Below, in pieces: positions 1 through 8,688 of a stretch of 25,011 bases of DNA (positions are counted from its first letter, which is position 1; every line of letters begins with the position of its first letter). The stretch lies in IMG/VR virus record IMGVR_UViG_3300017747_003517, positions 1-25,011 of that record. The stretch is one strand, 5' to 3'. This DNA comes from a virus. Taxonomy: Duplodnaviria; Caudoviricetes. Position numbers and translations under genes: made by a program. The notes below the pieces were generated by a model. The model saw only the letters and a program-made list of their open reading frames with translations, was not told the DNA's origin and did not search any database.

Positions 1-34
1 CTTGTCAACGGGACCCGTCAATAGCGTGTCCAGT

Positions 35-1978
35 TCATGGAACGCCGCCGCCATCCCCTGTTGCGTCGGGGACACCGTTGACCCCGCCAGGAATTGCGCC
101 AACACCGCCGTCTTGCGCTGGCGGAGGCAAGCCAGGAGGGCTTGCGTTTCCGGGCTGTTGCGCCATTCCGTCAGCGAAGCTGCCTGCATTGCCTGCGTCC
201 TTCATCAGATTTTCCACGGTGTTTTCGATCTGCGCTATATTCAGCAAAGCCATGCGCGCGTCAATCATGCCGCCGTTAGCGTCAACTATGTTCTTAAGCG
301 CCTGCGTCAACTGTACAGCTACGGCGCCGCCCACCTTTATTTTTTCCGTCTGTTGTTTCATCAGAGCGACGGCACCCTGCATCTTCTCCCAAGGCGTGGC
401 CTGTGGCGGGCTCGGGGAGCCAAGCAGTTCTTCCGGGTTCGGCAGGCGCAAGGTCGCGGCCAGCCGCGTCTGCAGGGCTTTCATATTCCACGGCACGCCC
501 TCGGCTGCCTGCCCTATCATTTCCATGTACACGCCGGCAAGTGCCGCACGCTGCATTTCCGTCGCAAGCTGCGGATCGGCCGTCACGGCCACGCCCTTAC
601 CGCCGGCAGCAACCGCGCCTTGTGGCAGCGCGTCGTACGCGTCCGCCATCTGCACAAACATTCGGAACTCTTGCGTCATGGACGCCACAAGGCGGCGGTG
701 CACGGCCCCCTGTATCTGATGCCCGTTGTCGATCACGCCCCGGGCCATCGTGGCAGACATGGACGCGGGGGCGTTGTCCAGAACGTTCAACGTGCCGGCC
801 AGGCGGTCACCCAGCGCCGTCAGCTTTTCAAACACCGCGACGGAGCCCGAAGACACCGACTTTGACGGGAACGCCGAAAAGCGGTTCGCCAGCGGAGCGC
901 CATCCGTGTTTACCGTGGTGACGCGGTTGCCCTTCAGTTCGATTTTGTCGGGCAGCCCAAACCCGCCCCCGGCCAGTACGCCGCCGTTTTCGCTTTCGCT
1001 CTTTGCGGTGTCGGTAATGGACGCAAGCAATTGATCGGCGCTGTTTTCCACGCGGTTCAACAGTTCGCCAAAGCCGATCGGGAAAAAGCCGCCCTCCGGG
1101 TCCGGCAGGAAGCGGTACGGATAGAACCGGCGCACGGCGTTAAAAAACAGCGCGTCGTCGGTGTCCACAACCGTCTTGCGGGACCAGCGCGGACGGATAC
1201 GTACGATTTCCGCAATGTCGTCGCGCGAGATAACGACGGTCCATGGTTCTTCTATGCCGTCGTCGTCAAGGTCCAGCCACAAGTCAACTTCATAGAATTT
1301 CTTCGGTGCTTGGTTGTCGGCTCCGTCAAAACGCGGGTGGTAGTCAATCCACTTTTTGCGCTCGATCGAGCGCTTGATTTCGTACGGGTAGCGTTCAAAT
1401 TGGTGCGTGACGCGCGGGGCGCGTTCGATCGATCGGATGTTGCTGTTAACTATGACGTCTTTGCACGTTAGGAAGTGACTTTCAAAAGCCTTGTCCATGT
1501 CGTCGTAATTGCGCTTGCGCCACCCCAGGCCGGTTACCGCCATATGGATCACAAGCGGGTCGGTGTCGAGTGTCCAATTCGGGTCCTCTGTACGTAATTG
1601 ACTGGACACCCACGCCGCCAACTGTTCGCCGCCGGGTTCGCTTGCCTTGGCTAGATCGGGCTCGCCAAGAATGGCGGCGGTCGCGCGGGCGGAGAATTGA
1701 ATAACGCTCGACAGCGTCATTTCGGTAGCCGGGGGCGGCCCTTCCCCGGCGCCTTCCTGTTCGCGGTTCTGCGGCTCCTGCCGGCCTTCGTCTTTTACCT
1801 TGCGCATGAACCCCTCGGCCTTGCCAAGCCAATCCGACATACTGCTTTCGTCAACCGCGACCAGTTCGATTATGTCGTTTGCGACCGTACGGCGTTCGTC
1901 GTCAGCCAGCCTGTTGGCCAGGTTTCCGAATTCTTCGGGCTTATTGAGGTCCAGTTTTAGCTTGGGAATTTCGCGCAT
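35..1978 (-). CDS. Portal protein (647 aa)
   Basis: Motifs QFSARA, GLGWRKRNYD, RVTH, LDLDDDGIEEPWTV and YRFLPDPEGGFFPIGFG resemble podovirus portals. Low-complexity Q/P/G tail. Start moved to ATG 1978 behind an AAGGGG RBS. Confidence 0.85.
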   Translation of the reverse strand: MREIPKLKLDLNKPEEFGNLANRLADDERRTVANDIIELVAVDESSMSDWLGKAEGFMRKVKDEGRQEPQNREQEGAGEGPPPATEMTLSSVIQFSARATAAILGEPDLAKASEPGGEQLAAWVSSQLRTEDPNWTLDTDPLVIHMAVTGLGWRKRNYDDMDKAFESHFLTCKDVIVNSNIRSIERAPRVTHQFERYPYEIKRSIERKKWIDYHPRFDGADNQAPKKFYEVDLWLDLDDDGIEEPWTVVISRDDIAEIVRIRPRWSRKTVVDTDDALFFNAVRRFYPYRFLPDPEGGFFPIGFGELLNRVENSADQLLASITDTAKSESENGGVLAGGGFGLPDKIELKGNRVTTVNTDGAPLANRFSAFPSKSVSSGSVAVFEKLTALGDRLAGTLNVLDNAPASMSATMARGVIDNGHQIQGAVHRRLVASMTQEFRMFVQMADAYDALPQGAVAAGGKGVAVTADPQLATEMQRAALAGVYMEMIGQAAEGVPWNMKALQTRLAATLRLPNPEELLGSPSPPQATPWEKMQGAVALMKQQTEKIKVGGAVAVQLTQALKNIVDANGGMIDARMALLNIAQIENTVENLMKDAGNAGSFADGMAQQPGNASPPGLPPPAQDGGVGAIPGGVNGVPDATGDGGGVP

Positions 1979-1987
1979 GGTGCCCCT

Positions 1988-2007
1988 TGTCTTACAAATG
2001 TATGACA
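1988..2007. promoter_or_regulatory. Inverted pair of TGT-N3-ACA sites (TGTCTTACA-aa-TGTATGACA), putative operator upstream of the portal
   Basis: Near-perfect 20 bp palindrome in the portal/capsid divergent gap. The same 9-mer occurs at 7848-7856 and 15214-15222. Confidence 0.55.
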
Positions 2008-2123
2008 GTGTCAAGGGCCGAACATACCATAGTTTGACGGAAAGGGCATCGGCGTGCTACTTATGCCGTATTCGCAACGCCGGCCTGCACTACGCCGGGG
2101 CAACCAAAAGGGGTTTATCCGTC

Positions 2124-3056
2124 ATGCAGGTCATCGACCGCAGTTTGCAGCCTTCACAATACTGGCCGGGGCTGTTCGCTCTGTTCGGTATGGATTACGA
2201 ACGCCTCTCTCCGATCTACACGCAGTTCTATGACACCAAGTCGTCGGAAAAAGCTTTCGAAGAATTCATGACGGAGCGCGCCGGCCTCGGTCTTGCCGTA
2301 CAGCAGCCGGAATTGGAGCCCGTACAATTCGACGTCCCGAACGAAGGCTATCGAACGCAGGTTACCCATGCTTCGTACGGACTGGCCGTCGCAATCTCCC
2401 GCGAAGCCAAAGACGATAACCTGTACGAAGACGTTGGCAGCCGCATGATGAAGGAACTCGCCTTCAGCGCCCGGCAGACCGAAGAATACATTGCCCACGC
2501 TCCGCTGCAGGTCGCCACCGATGCCGTCAACGGCCTCCGTGCCGATGGTGTGCCGGTTATCTCCGCGTCGCACCCCACCGCCTCGGGTCTGCAGAGCAAC
2601 CAGCTTGTTGCCGCGAACGTGTCCGAATTGGCGTTTGAAAACGCCGTTATTCAGATTTCGTACACACGCAACGGGCGCGGCTTCATCATCAACATGCTGC
2701 CGAAACGCGTCATCCTGTCCCCGGAAAGCGGCCCGGAAACCCGCCGCATTCTTGGATCGCCGCTGCAGTGGAATGCGCAAACCAACAACATCAACGTACT
2801 GCGATCGACGGGCGCGCTGCCCGAAGTCGTGGAAACTCCGTACCTTGTGGACAAGGATAACTATTTCATCCAGACCACGGAGCAGGACAAGGACAACGGC
2901 CAGGGCTTCACCTTTTGGGAGCGTTCGCCGCTGGAAACCCGCGAGGACAGCAACTGGAGCAACCAGGCGTCGCTCATTGCGATCTGGATGCGCTGTGCCG
3001 CTTCCATCGTGGATTTCCGCACCATCTACGGCAGCGCGGGCGCTGACGGCCTGTAA
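2124..3056 (+). CDS. Major capsid protein (Mu gpT-like family of podoviruses, 310 aa)
   Basis: PGLFALFGMDY, SSEKAFEE and ISREAKDDNLY match this capsid family. AAGGGG RBS before ATG 2124; strong terminator follows. Confidence 0.88.
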   Translation: MQVIDRSLQPSQYWPGLFALFGMDYERLSPIYTQFYDTKSSEKAFEEFMTERAGLGLAVQQPELEPVQFDVPNEGYRTQVTHASYGLAVAISREAKDDNLYEDVGSRMMKELAFSARQTEEYIAHAPLQVATDAVNGLRADGVPVISASHPTASGLQSNQLVAANVSELAFENAVIQISYTRNGRGFIINMLPKRVILSPESGPETRRILGSPLQWNAQTNNINVLRSTGALPEVVETPYLVDKDNYFIQTTEQDKDNGQGFTFWERSPLETREDSNWSNQASLIAIWMRCAASIVDFRTIYGSAGADGL

Positions 3057-3083
3057 CACCCCCCGGGTGTCCTCCCGAGACTT

Positions 3084-3119
3084 GGGCCGCCTGCAACACG
3101 CGGGCGGCCCTTTTTCTTT
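3084..3119 (+). terminator. Rho-independent terminator after the capsid gene
   Basis: GGGCCGCCTGC-aacac-GCGGGCGGCCC followed by TTTTTCTTT. Confidence 0.9.
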
Positions 3120-3144
3120 CCCCGTCGTCGTGGTATGACGTGAC

Positions 3145-3756
3145 ATGGTCAACCGATCCGGAAAGCCCAAGTTTCGCAACGCCGAATTATGGGGCGCCTG
3201 CGCCCGTTGCAACGCGCGAGTGGCTTACGACACGCTGAAGCGCGAGCGGCTTACCGGCTTGCTTGTCTGCAGCGCTTCGTCGGGGCGCGGGACACGGTTC
3301 TGTTGGGACCCGTGGCCGGAAGTGTACGACTTCCAAGCTTACCCCGATCGCTCGATTGAGCCCCCGGCGGAGCCCCTGCCGCTACGCTACAATCTGGACG
3401 CCATATGGGGCAACGGCCCGGAGGTCGGCACAACCAGCACCTTCGCCAACGCTCCGAAGCCGGCACCCGACGACGCGACGCGGCTTGCGAACCTGCTAAC
3501 GTCGGTTCCCTATTACGCCAACATGGGCAAGTCGGCCGCATTCATCGGTCCGAATGCGCCGCTGTCCGCCAAGGTTTCCAACTTGGTCACGATCGTTCCG
3601 CAGGATTACGACGGCACGTTCATTCCGTCCAGTTCGTTGCGTACGGTTACGCCGCCTGATGCCAACGATCAAATGGAAGACGTGAACAAGACGGACAAAG
3701 ACCTTCCCGAACTCGAATTGTGGGCGCCTCCGTGGGCAGCCGTTAAGGGCGTTTGA
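3145..3756 (+). CDS. Conserved virion-module protein with N-terminal Cys motif (203 aa)
   Basis: CARC...GLLVC...CWDP pattern, as seen in small proteins near head-tail genes of related podoviruses. Confidence 0.65.
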   Translation: MVNRSGKPKFRNAELWGACARCNARVAYDTLKRERLTGLLVCSASSGRGTRFCWDPWPEVYDFQAYPDRSIEPPAEPLPLRYNLDAIWGNGPEVGTTSTFANAPKPAPDDATRLANLLTSVPYYANMGKSAAFIGPNAPLSAKVSNLVTIVPQDYDGTFIPSSSLRTVTPPDANDQMEDVNKTDKDLPELELWAPPWAAVKGV

Positions 3757-3758
3757 AC

Positions 3759-4436
3759 ATGGCCACAGCCGCAGATATCATCACAACCGCGCTGCGGCTG
3801 TTCGGCATCATAGACCAGACAGAACCGGCCGCGCCGGCCGATCTGACGAACAACACAATCATATTGAATGATCTGTTGCGCGCCGACAACGCGGACGGCG
3901 CGTGCCAGTACCTTATCAAACGCGTTGCCGTACAGTTGCCGGCGGGCGTGACCGGAAGTGTTTATTCGTTCACTGTCGGAGTATCGGACCCGCTTTACGC
4001 CGTGCAGCGTGACGCGGTCGCCGTACGCGCTATTTGGATGAACGATATCAATCTGACGGTGAACCGCGAAACCCGCATGGCACCGATTGCCGACGTAGTG
4101 CGAACCACGTATCCGGGCATTATCACGAAATGGCATCAGGAGCGCCATGCGGACGGCTCCGTACTGATAACCGCGTGGCAGCCCCCGCGCTCGACTGTCA
4201 ACGCATTGATAGAATACGGCGGCCGGCTGGCACCGATCGTTGACGCAAGCTCCGTTGTTGAACTCCCGCCCGAAGGCGTTCACGACGCGGCGCTGCTCTT
4301 GGGCCGGCGTATCTTTTCGTCGTACGGCAAAAGTCCGAATGATATCGTTGTCATTTTGCAGGACGCCGAACGCGTCAATGCACGCTGGCGGGATTGGGCA
4401 CGCGGCCAGCAATGGCTTAGGTTCGTGAGGTCATGA
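3759..4436 (+). CDS. Head-tail adaptor / P22 gp4-like DNA stabilization protein
   Basis: N-terminus MATAADIITTALRLFGII...LNDLL is typical of gp4-like adaptors. Lies upstream of the gp10-like gene. Confidence 0.75.
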   Translation: MATAADIITTALRLFGIIDQTEPAAPADLTNNTIILNDLLRADNADGACQYLIKRVAVQLPAGVTGSVYSFTVGVSDPLYAVQRDAVAVRAIWMNDINLTVNRETRMAPIADVVRTTYPGIITKWHQERHADGSVLITAWQPPRSTVNALIEYGGRLAPIVDASSVVELPPEGVHDAALLLGRRIFSSYGKSPNDIVVILQDAERVNARWRDWARGQQWLRFVRS

Positions 4437-4894
4437 AAATACTGGACCTGTCTGCCGGCAACCGTGCAGTGTGGCATGACAAAGCCAACCACGAAACGCT
4501 GTACGTAGACATCAGGCCCGAAGTGCGGCCGGACATCGTTGCGGACAGCCGCGCACTTCCGTTTAATGGCCCGTTTGACTTGGTAGTGTTTGACCCGCCA
4601 CATAAAAACAATTCCGGCGGCAACATGGTTCGTTCGTACGGGCACTGGACGGCAGAGCAGATAACCAGCATTATCGAAGGTACGGCCAGAGAAGCTCATC
4701 GCGTGACGACGTACGAAGGATTAATGGTTTTTAAATGGGCTGAACACACCCGAAAACTTTCTACTGTGTTGCGGCTTCTGGCGCCGTGGTGGGCACCATT
4801 GTTTGGGCACGGAGTTACGCATCAACAAAAAGGTACGTCGTGGATTATGCTACGCCGTCAAAACTGGCCGTGGGTGACGCATGCCGCCTCTTGA
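4433..4894 (+). CDS. Small class I SAM-dependent methyltransferase (amino-MTase-like, DPPH)
   Basis: ILDLSAGNR SAM-binding motif, PDIVADSRALPF, FDLVVFDPPH and VFKW. ATGA-coupled to the adaptor gene. Confidence 0.85.
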   Translation: MKILDLSAGNRAVWHDKANHETLYVDIRPEVRPDIVADSRALPFNGPFDLVVFDPPHKNNSGGNMVRSYGHWTAEQITSIIEGTAREAHRVTTYEGLMVFKWAEHTRKLSTVLRLLAPWWAPLFGHGVTHQQKGTSWIMLRRQNWPWVTHAAS

Positions 4895-6323
4895 CGTCCT
4901 AGGTTCGTTTGCGGACCCGAAGAACCTAGACGAAGGCGCAAGCCGTCTAGTCAACGTGCGCGTGGTCCCGCGCGAAATGAAGGAAGGCAAGGTATCGAAG
5001 GTCCGTTTTGTTGGCGCTCCGGGCCTGACGACGATTTGCCGGCCAACTACGGCGCCGTGCCTCGCCATCCACCACGCTTTGAATACGATCTGGAGCGGCC
5101 ACGCTGACGGCTCGATATGGCGTGCTGTTGATACCAGCGTCCCCGTGCTCGCCGGCTTCGTTGCCGTACACGCGACACAGCCGATTATCCGTTTTGCGGA
5201 AGACCGTACGGCGCTCGCCATCGCCACGAATATGAACATCAACAATTCTTTGATGGCGGGGACCGGATACATTGCGACAGTTCTTGGCGGCGTTGCCAAT
5301 TGCGGATTTGACGCTTCAATCAACTTCGACCCTTCGGCCGTCGCGGAATTGGACAATCAGGCGCTTTGGTCCGCTGCGTCGAATTACTACACGAACCAGA
5401 GTGATCGCGTCTATCGTTCGCAGCCGCTGGCACCGGCAAACGTGCTCCCGAATAGCTGGGGCACCAAGGAAGCCCGCGCCGATCGCGTCGTGGATTTGGC
5501 GGTATCGGGCCGCGTGCTGTGGCCGCTTGGCGCCAGGTCGCTAGAACAGTGGTACAACAGCGGCGCGAACACCGACATGCCGTTTATTCCGTTCCCCAAC
5601 TCGCTTGTGTCCGTGGGGCTGGCGGCCCGTACGTCGCTCGCCGTGTTGCGTGATATCATCATGTTCGTTGCGACCGATCGCCGTATATGGCTCTGCGTCG
5701 GCCAGTCCGGCAACCCAATATCCCCGGCGTGGGTGGATTTGCTCCTGCAGCAACTCACGTTGTCGGAATTGTCACAGCTTACCGCGTACGCGTACGGTCA
5801 AGGCGGTAGCGATTTCTACGTGCTCACGCTGCCCGGTTCGTGGTCCCTTGAATTGGCGGGGTCTACGGGTGTTTGGTCTTACCGCCAATCGCCGGGCGGT
5901 CGGCTTGACCACGCGGGACGTTGCGCCACGGAAACCGCAGGCGGCGCAACTTACGTCGGCTTGGACACGGGGCATATCTGTTCACTCGATATCAACAGCG
6001 CCAGCGAACCGGCCGGCGCGATGTCGCGCGTGATGATTACGCCGTGGGTTGGCAGTCAGGAAGCGCGTCAAACGTTCAATTCGCTTGACGTGACTTCGTC
6101 CATGGGGCCGGCGGCCGGAACGTTTACGCTCGACTGGTCGGAAGACAAGGCAGTAACGTGGCGCGGTGCGCGTCAAATCCTGCTACCGCAGCCCGGCACG
6201 CGGCGCGCGATCGGGCGGGAGTTTGGGACGGGGCGCCGTCGTCAGTTCCGTCTGCAGTACAGCGGGACGCAAGCGCCGTTCACGATTGACGAACTATTCA
6301 TGCAGGCTACAGGGGGCAGTTAG
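4881..6323 (+). CDS. Tail hub/nozzle, P22 gp10-like (480 aa)
   Basis: Size, position, beta-rich sequence, PGLT near the N-terminus, SLEQWYNSG and C-terminal WSED...GRRRQFRL. Confidence 0.8.
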   Translation: MPPLDVLGSFADPKNLDEGASRLVNVRVVPREMKEGKVSKVRFVGAPGLTTICRPTTAPCLAIHHALNTIWSGHADGSIWRAVDTSVPVLAGFVAVHATQPIIRFAEDRTALAIATNMNINNSLMAGTGYIATVLGGVANCGFDASINFDPSAVAELDNQALWSAASNYYTNQSDRVYRSQPLAPANVLPNSWGTKEARADRVVDLAVSGRVLWPLGARSLEQWYNSGANTDMPFIPFPNSLVSVGLAARTSLAVLRDIIMFVATDRRIWLCVGQSGNPISPAWVDLLLQQLTLSELSQLTAYAYGQGGSDFYVLTLPGSWSLELAGSTGVWSYRQSPGGRLDHAGRCATETAGGATYVGLDTGHICSLDINSASEPAGAMSRVMITPWVGSQEARQTFNSLDVTSSMGPAAGTFTLDWSEDKAVTWRGARQILLPQPGTRRAIGREFGTGRRRQFRLQYSGTQAPFTIDELFMQATGGS

Positions 6324-6531
6324 CGAAGCGTACGGCGTGGCGGGTCTTGGCTCCGGGCCAGTCGGCCAGTTCTTTGCGTATCGTCTTCGTTATGGGTGTT
6401 GCCTGTTCGTAAACTGCAACGATAGGTGCGGGAAAGCTCGCCAGGTGTGCGACTAGCTTGCGCCGGTTGTTACCGTCTACGGTCTGCATTTTATGTTCGC
6501 CGCCGATCGCTTCGTATTGTATGGTAAACAT
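6307..6531 (-). CDS. Hypothetical protein (74 aa), antisense insertion in the tail operon
   Basis: Fills the gap between hub and needle genes. GAGG RBS and own promoter at 6588-6560. Confidence 0.7.
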   Translation of the reverse strand: MFTIQYEAIGGEHKMQTVDGNNRRKLVAHLASFPAPIVAVYEQATPITKTIRKELADWPGAKTRHAVRFANCPL

Positions 6532-6559
6532 GTCAAGCGTTCCTCGTTGATCTGCACTG

Positions 6560-6588
6560 ACATTACCGTACAACTGTGGATAAGTCAA
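6560..6588 (-). promoter_or_regulatory. Sigma70-type promoter TTGACT-17-TAATGT overlapping a perfect DnaA box (TTATCCACA, 6575-6583)
   Basis: Read directly from the minus strand. Confidence 0.6.
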
Positions 6589-7026
6589 ATGGCCCAAAAG
6601 ATACCGCCTCCGCCCGACTTGACCGGCCCGCAATGGCAATCGTTCAACCGCTGGCTTTTGGAGGTTACCAGCGTCCTAAGCAACGAAGGCGGTATTGACC
6701 CGAGCGAGGTCACGGGGCTAACGCAGTTGTTCGCGGACGTGGCGGCTAACACAGCGGCTATTCTTTCGCTGTCCGGCGGGCAGTTCGGGCAAGGGCTGCA
6801 AATCGCGGCGTTGCAAAACGACGTCTTAAATCTTGCGACGTCAATTGCCACGATCAACGGCCAAATTACGACACTGAGCGCGCGGCCCCAAGTCCGCAGC
6901 GGCGTCGGTGCGCCGGCAGCCGGCCTCGGGAGCGTCAACGATTGGTATGCGAACATCGGCGGTGCCGTGGGTGCTCGTATCTACATCAAGACGGGCGTGG
7001 CGACGTGGACGCCGTTCCCGTTCTAG
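6589..7026 (+). CDS. Tail needle-like protein (gp26-like, 145 aa)
   Basis: Heptad coiled-coil middle, C-terminal GVGAP...WY...GG...IYIKTG..W tip motif, follows the gp10-like gene. Confidence 0.65.
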   Translation: MAQKIPPPPDLTGPQWQSFNRWLLEVTSVLSNEGGIDPSEVTGLTQLFADVAANTAAILSLSGGQFGQGLQIAALQNDVLNLATSIATINGQITTLSARPQVRSGVGAPAAGLGSVNDWYANIGGAVGARIYIKTGVATWTPFPF

Positions 7027-7457
7027 CCAAACATAACAAGGCCGTTTATGACGGCCTTAAACTCGTCAAGCGTACGTACCAATATGTACGTGTTGCCGGC
7101 GGCTTCCCATTTCTTTTGAAATATTTCTTGGTTGGCGTCTTGCTCACCTTCGTCGTCTTTGTTTTCAATGGCGATTGCACGGCCGGGCGGAAATACGAGC
7201 CAGTCCGCCACGCCCGGACGTACGCCCATGCGCTTGAAGTGCATGGCGGCGCCGATGCTGCCCTTGCGTTCGTTGGCAACGTGGAAAATCAGCAGCCGGG
7301 ACCAAAGGCCCGTTTTATCGAGCCATTGCTTTTGATGCTTCTGCAGACAGGTTTCGTCGTTTTCAACCGTCTTCCGTACGGCCTTTTTCTTCGCAGGTTT
7401 TGCGGACAGCGACGCCAAACTGGCTTCCGACCGTTTTGCGAAGGCAAACGGCTTCAT
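7023..7457 (-). CDS. VRR-NUC domain nuclease (resolvase-like)
   Basis: FHVANE, MGVRPGVADW, IENK, Q..FQ...G..Y..VR pattern. Confidence 0.88.
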   Translation of the reverse strand: MKPFAFAKRSEASLASLSAKPAKKKAVRKTVENDETCLQKHQKQWLDKTGLWSRLLIFHVANERKGSIGAAMHFKRMGVRPGVADWLVFPPGRAIAIENKDDEGEQDANQEIFQKKWEAAGNTYILVRTLDEFKAVINGLVMFG

Positions 7458-7624
7458 TCGTCGTCACGCCGGCCGCGCACGACGACAGCGCGGTTGGCGT
7501 TCCGTACTATTTCGTTCGTCATGCCGCGTCGCACCGTGAGGTACGTGGCGGCGACAACCGCGACACCCACGATGATAACTGCCATCGGCCAGCTACCGGC
7601 CACGATCTGAAGCGCCTGCATCAT
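7454..7624 (-). CDS. Small single-pass membrane protein (56 aa)
   Basis: Hydrophobic stretch WPMAVIIVGVAVVAATYL. ATGA overlaps on both sides. Confidence 0.7.
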   Translation of the reverse strand: MMQALQIVAGSWPMAVIIVGVAVVAATYLTVRRGMTNEIVRNANRAVVVRGRRDDE

Positions 7625-7824
7625 TTGGTTCCCTTTTTCGGCATGATGCCAAGTTCCTGAAGCTGCGTTTCCTGCCCCGGGAGCCATGCTTCTAGCGCGG
7701 CCTGCACGGCTGCGGAGCGGTTCTTTACCTCGCCCTCGGTATTCCGGGCCACGTAATCGGCCCGCGCGACCAGTGCGGCCGGCAGGCGGGCGGAAACCAT
7801 GGTTGTTTTGCGTTCTGACGTCAT
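7621..7824 (-). CDS. Ribbon-helix-helix (Arc/CopG-like) DNA-binding protein (67 aa)
   Basis: MVSARLPAALVARAD...NRSAAVQAALEAWL is a canonical RHH pattern. Confidence 0.8.
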   Translation of the reverse strand: MTSERKTTMVSARLPAALVARADYVARNTEGEVKNRSAAVQAALEAWLPGQETQLQELGIMPKKGTK

Positions 7825-7833
7825 CGGTGCTAG

Positions 7834-7862
7834 GCTATACCGGAAACTGTCATACACTGCAA
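7834..7862 (-). promoter_or_regulatory. Promoter TTGCAG-17-TATAGC for the RHH gene, with TGTATGACA site in the spacer
   Basis: Correct spacing and 9 nt from the ATG. Divergent from the ejection gene. Confidence 0.55.
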
Positions 7863-7874
7863 GGGGTCCAAAAC

Positions 7875-8507
7875 ATGGCTGCTCCAACGGGCTTCGGTGC
7901 CGGCCTCGGGGCCGTGATCGGCGGCATGATGGCGGACGATAGCTTGCAGGAAGGCAAGCAGACGCTGGACGCCACCGCAGGCCAGTTTGGCAGCACCGTG
8001 GCGCCCTACAACAGCTTCGGACAGTCTTTCCTGCCGGCAGCGGCGAACACCATTGGCGAGGTCAAGGCGAAGGCCGGCGAGGTCCAAGGTTACGATCAAT
8101 TCATGGATCGTTACGAAATGTCGCCCGGGGCCGCCTACCAGCTTGACCAAGGGCTGCAGGCGCAGGACGCCAGCGCTTCGGCACGGGGGCAGCTTCTGTC
8201 AGGGACCAACCTCCGCGCCCGTGAGGGCATCGCCCAAGGCATCGCCAGCACTGACGCACGGGCCGCGTACGATAGCTATCTGAAGGGCAATCAACAGCAG
8301 TTCGGCCAGTTGGAGACCGCGCTCGGAAACATGTTCGGCGCGATCGGCGTCGGCACCACGGCCACGGGCCAACAGGCCGGCGTGACGTCGTCGCAGATGA
8401 ACAACCAGGCCGCGCTGGCGAAGGCTGAAGCGGAAAACGACAAGGGCAAGGGCGGCGGGCTCGGTGCCATGTTCGGCGGGCTCGGGTCGCTGGCGACTAT
8501 GTTCTAG
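7875..8507 (+). CDS. DNA transfer/ejection protein, P22 gp7-like (210 aa)
   Basis: Gly/Ala/Gln-rich; SPGAAYQLDQG...SASARGQLLSG motif; hydrophobic Gly-rich termini; AAGGGG RBS. Confidence 0.75.
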   Translation: MAAPTGFGAGLGAVIGGMMADDSLQEGKQTLDATAGQFGSTVAPYNSFGQSFLPAAANTIGEVKAKAGEVQGYDQFMDRYEMSPGAAYQLDQGLQAQDASASARGQLLSGTNLRAREGIAQGIASTDARAAYDSYLKGNQQQFGQLETALGNMFGAIGVGTTATGQQAGVTSSQMNNQAALAKAEAENDKGKGGGLGAMFGGLGSLATMF

Positions 8508-8564
8508 ACAACTCCGTACTTATACGGATACAACCCGCCGTGCGGAGTTGCTACATTTTTGAGC

Positions 8565-8663
8565 ATGACAGATGCTCGTTGGGTTTCACCGCTCTGTGTC
8601 GGGACTGTGCTTTGCAGCGTGGCAGTGCTGGCGTTCGCGCTTGGGGCGTTGGCGTTCCGTTAG
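8565..8663 (+). CDS. Putative 32-aa membrane peptide (MTDARWVSPLCVGTVLCSVAVLAFALGALAFR)
   Basis: Translated by hand; single hydrophobic helix. TGc-TACATT lies 7 nt upstream and there is no clear RBS. Confidence 0.4.
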   Translation: MTDARWVSPLCVGTVLCSVAVLAFALGALAFR

Positions 8664-8688
8664 TTGCTGTTTAGCAGTTGGGATGTGA

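Noticed and set aside
2-865. Long + strand ORFs opposite the portal
   Set aside because: Shadow ORFs of a GC-rich gene, with no motifs or RBS.
1800-2123. N-terminal extension of the capsid ORF
   Set aside because: Overlaps the portal antisense. Family similarity and the RBS start at ATG 2124.
2154-3212. 352-aa minus ORF opposite the capsid
   Set aside because: Antisense shadow frame.
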